From positions 32,001 to 96,000 of the forward strand of contig CAVXGR010000024.1 in the NCBI GenBank assembly GCA_963761335.1: DNA of 64,000 nucleotides. The letters are read 5' to 3'. Positions 60,902-64,000 of this stretch are shown piece by piece. The translations under genes and the position numbers were made by a program. Source of the DNA: an uncultured delta proteobacterium (lineage in GTDB: Bacteria; Desulfobacterota; Binatia; HRBIN30; BPIQ01). Numbering within the stretch: position 1 is the stretch's first letter; the number at the start of each line of letters is the position of its first letter. Under the pieces are notes generated by a model that did no database searches, was not told the origin of the DNA, and saw nothing but the letters and a program-made list of their open reading frames with translations.

Positions 60902-61834
60902 ATGTTCATGAAGACGTGGCGAGTGATGGTGATGGTAGCGGCGGGGGCCTGCGTTTTGACCCTCGCTGGATGCGACGACAACGATAACGTTCCAACCGTT
61001 CCAACCGTGGTCCCAACCAAAACCGCAGTGGTCGAGAACACCAACACGCCGAAGCCGGTGGCGACGGCGACCAGCGTGCCGGCGACCGCGACCGCCGCGG
61101 CGACCGCGACCGAAACCGGGCCGGTTGGCCCGACGGCGACGCCGACGGAGACGCCGATGCAGGGCGCCGGGCTGGGGACGCGCGAGGTCAGCATCGCCGT
61201 CGCGAACTCCGGATTCTTCACCAGCGCGCTGGCGGGCGTCAACGTCGCCGCGAGCTTCGTCGGCGGACCGATCAAGCTGGTTGCGGGAGATCCCGATTCG
61301 GATGGTATCGCCCAGGTGACCGTCGCCGAGGACGTGGTCGCCGGCGCGGGGCTGATTGCCGGCCAGGGTGCCGTGTGCGTCAAGATCTTCGCACAGGGGT
61401 CGACGGGACAGGTCGATTGCGATGGCGGCAGCCCGAATGACGTCACCGTGACGCTCGACAGCCACGGCTCCGATGCCGGCGGAGATTTCACGATCGAGAC
61501 CGGGCAGGGCGCCGATGGCGGCGCCGGAGCCATGACCCTCGTGGTCATGCAGTCGACGGCCCAGGAAGGGGCCGGCTTCGATCCGAACGACTGCGCCAGC
61601 GCTGACTTCGGCGCACCGACAATGATTGCCTACACGACCGGCACGGGTACGGCCGTGGTTATGAACGCGGTCCAGGGCGGAACGGTCATGCTGTCGAAGA
61701 CCGGAAGCAACGTGGACTGCTCCACTTGGACGTCCGGCACGGGCGCAGTGTTGATCTCTCCGGTTCCGGCCGAGGAGATCCTGGCGGGCACCGACGGCGC
61801 CAACATCGTCGTCGTCGGCGAGCCGAGCAGCTGA
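60902..61834 (+). CDS. Lipoprotein with a Thr/Pro linker and a Cys-containing beta domain
   Basis: AAGGAGG RBS, lipobox LAGC. Confidence 0.8.
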   Translation: MFMKTWRVMVMVAAGACVLTLAGCDDNDNVPTVPTVVPTKTAVVENTNTPKPVATATSVPATATAAATATETGPVGPTATPTETPMQGAGLGTREVSIAVANSGFFTSALAGVNVAASFVGGPIKLVAGDPDSDGIAQVTVAEDVVAGAGLIAGQGAVCVKIFAQGSTGQVDCDGGSPNDVTVTLDSHGSDAGGDFTIETGQGADGGAGAMTLVVMQSTAQEGAGFDPNDCASADFGAPTMIAYTTGTGTAVVMNAVQGGTVMLSKTGSNVDCSTWTSGTGAVLISPVPAEEILAGTDGANIVVVGEPSS

Positions 61835-61840
61835 TTTAGG

Positions 61841-61873
61841 AGGGGAGCGGCCCAGTGGCCGCTCCCCTTTTTT
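61841..61873 (+). terminator. Rho-independent terminator
   Basis: AGGGGAGCGGCC-CAGT-GGCCGCTCCCCT followed by a T-run. Confidence 0.88.
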
Positions 61874-61980
61874 CCTGGAGGACGCGTCGGCCGCTCGAGC
61901 GGCCGAGCCAAGGTCGGTCATCTGTCTCCCTATTCGTCTCCGCGTACTCAAGCACCGGCCCTCTCCAATGGGAGGATGCA

Positions 61981-62899
61981 GTGCTGTGTACTTCCATAGT
62001 TTCAAAGGCTGCAATCGCCGCCGTTCTGTGCACGTTGGCGTTGCCGGCGATGTCGGCGGCTCAATGCCTCGCCGATTGCGACGGCAACGGCCGGCGAAGC
62101 GCCTTTGAGCTGGCCAAGATCAATGAGCTGCTGCTCGCCTGTCCGTGCAGTGGCGGCGTCATCGGCGGCAACCCCAACGGCTGCGCCGAGGCCGCCGGGC
62201 TCAGCTGTCTCGCTGCCGACGAGAACATGGACGGCTGCATCAAGGCCAGCGAGAAGGCGAAGATCAACGAGGCCGTGTTGCAGGGCGGCTCTGCCTGCCC
62301 TCGTTGTGGCAACGGCGTGCTGGAGTCGGGCGAGGCGTGCGACGACGGCAACAACTACGGCGCCGACGGCTGCGCCGGGAACTGTACCGTCGAGCAGACG
62401 GTCAGCCTCGATCTCGGCGGCGCGACCTGTGTCGGCGGGGACTTCATCGACCAACCATGTGACTCCTCTGAGATCTTCAACAACTTCGGCTGCTACGGCG
62501 GGGTGTGCGGAACCACCAGCGTGACGGTTCTCCACAGCGCAAGGCTCACGATCAGCATGCTACTCTCCGGCAGGCAACAGCTCGAGATCGGCGGCATCAC
62601 CGGCGCTGGCGGTACCATCGGGGCCGATGGATTCACCAATTTCAGCTCCGGTCAGATTCCTGTCACCGCGAAGGTGACTGACGGCATGCTCAACCGCGCC
62701 GACATTCCTGGCGTCGGTTGTGCCTGCGTTCGCGGCCGGGCGGTGAACGAGGGTGATTGTGTCGAGGAGCGGCACCAACTTCGACTGCTCCACTTGGACG
62801 AGCGGCAGCGGCGCTGCGCTGGTCTCTCCGCTCCCTGCCGAGAACTTCCTGGCGGGCACCGACGCTGCCAACCTGGTGGTGGTGCGCGAGCGAAGGTGA
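61981..62899 (+). pseudogene. Secreted Cys-rich protein (dockerin-like plus myxococcal CGNG..E.CDDGN repeat), frameshifted near 62747
   Basis: GGAGG RBS and signal peptide. The +1 frame 62747-62899 encodes a C-terminus homologous to that of the upstream lipoprotein. Confidence 0.6.
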
Positions 62900-62967
62900 T
62901 CCCGTTGGGGGTCTGATGAGAACGGGAGCCACGCAGGGATCGGCTGCACTGGCCTCGGCGATGTCGA

Positions 62968-64000
62968 CTACGAGTTCGACTCGAATAGGGCTCCCGCCGT
63001 GTAGAACGGCACCACCTGCAGCCCCGCCGGCGTCTGCCAGGAGAGCCGCGTCCCCGTCTCTGCCTCGCGGGGGAAGGTGGCGGAGACCACGACCTCGTGC
63101 GGCCCCGGCGCCAGAAGCATCGGCGCGGCCGTGATCGGCGTTCCGTCCACGGTTGCCTCCACGGGAAGGTTGCGGCGGCTTTCGACCACGAAGACGTAAG
63201 GAGCCTGGGCGGCGATCTGCAGTGTTCCGCGCCACTCGGCCGTGCAGGTGTCGATCTTCTGCGGCGGCGGTGGCCGATAGCAGGCCCGAGGCACGAAGGC
63301 GAAGCCGAGGAAGGGCTCGTCGCGCTCGAGAAAGGGGGTGCCTTCCGGCGAGGGGCCGAACCAGTAGCGCGCGTGGAGGTATGGGTGGTAGGGCTGCGGC
63401 TCTGGATGCGGCGGCAGGTCGCAGGCCGTGTAGGCGATGTAGGGGTTGTCGGAGTCGACGAAATCACTGCAGCGCGTGCCCGGATAGACCTCGGCGAGCA
63501 GACGCGCAATGGCCTGGCGCGCGAAGGGGAGCTGGATCACCACGGAGATCGGACGGTCCGAGTGCGGCAGCGCCGCGGGCGGCAGCGCCGAGCTGAGATC
63601 GGGCAGGTCCTCGCCGTGGATGCGGTCGGCGATCATCCAGTAGTAGTCGGATGGCTGGAAGAAGGTCTTCAGATCGGAGAGCAGCAGAATCTCGCGTCCA
63701 GGTGCGCGCCGCCGGCCGTACTCGATGAGTGTCGTGTACTGGTTCTTGAACGCCTGCCGGACACGGCGATCCTTGGACATCTTGTTGAAGTAGACGTTGT
63801 AGTTCCACCCCAGGGCGAAGAGGCCGCCGGCGACGGCGAGCAGCGGCAGGACGCCGCGGCGGATCGGGGCCGGCAGGCTCTGCGCCTGGAGCCAGAGACG
63901 GTCGACGAACAGCGCTGCGAACAGGGCCACGAAGGGAGTGACCCCCTGGAGGCGCCGGACGTCGAGATTCTGCACGAAGACGGCACCGCCGAGCAGGAGA
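62968..64000 (-). CDS. C-terminal part of a membrane protein with a PA14-like domain (probably a GT-C; 5' end outside the window)
   Basis: Frame is open to the window edge; TM segments, then AEWRG.L..Y.F..L.PG.HEV..LSW. Confidence 0.6.
   Translation of the reverse strand, partial: LLLGGAVFVQNLDVRRLQGVTPFVALFAALFVDRLWLQAQSLPAPIRRGVLPLLAVAGGLFALGWNYNVYFNKMSKDRRVRQAFKNQYTTLIEYGRRRAPGREILLLSDLKTFFQPSDYYWMIADRIHGEDLPDLSSALPPAALPHSDRPISVVIQLPFARQAIARLLAEVYPGTRCSDFVDSDNPYIAYTACDLPPHPEPQPYHPYLHARYWFGPSPEGTPFLERDEPFLGFAFVPRACYRPPPPQKIDTCTAEWRGTLQIAAQAPYVFVVESRRNLPVEATVDGTPITAAPMLLAPGPHEVVVSATFPREAETGTRLSWQTPAGLQVVPFYTAGALFESNS

Overview
High-GC bacterial chromosomal window. The Thr/Pro-linker, dockerin-like and Cys-rich secreted proteins are reminiscent of Candidatus Binatia or other deltaproteobacteria-like organisms (inference only). 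Most of it is housekeeping or accessory metabolism: serS (5'-truncated), a Cu/Ag P1B-ATPase, GH29, egtB, an fpg-like gene, a csbD stress cluster, cyclophilin, a sensor kinase, glgX, folD-gcvT-H-PA-PB, tatA, and a ~13 kb GT2/GT-C glycosylation cluster. The most informative feature is a complete IS110-family (IS1111-like) element at 26719-28434 (-), inserted into a REP-like palindrome. Its 3' non-coding end contains a readable bridge RNA whose four guide segments match the actual insertion site and the element's own end-to-end junction. Joining the two ends creates a TTGACA-17 bp-TACCAT promoter. The window also has two copies of a ~160 bp MITE (14 bp TIRs, 10 bp target duplications), several other palindromic or periodic repeat families, a secreted protein with a mirror-symmetric 12-Cys repeat, a secreted (xKP)n repeat protein and a frameshifted Cys-rich paralog. 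No rRNA, tRNA or CRISPR array was seen. All calls are by eye; no database searches were run.
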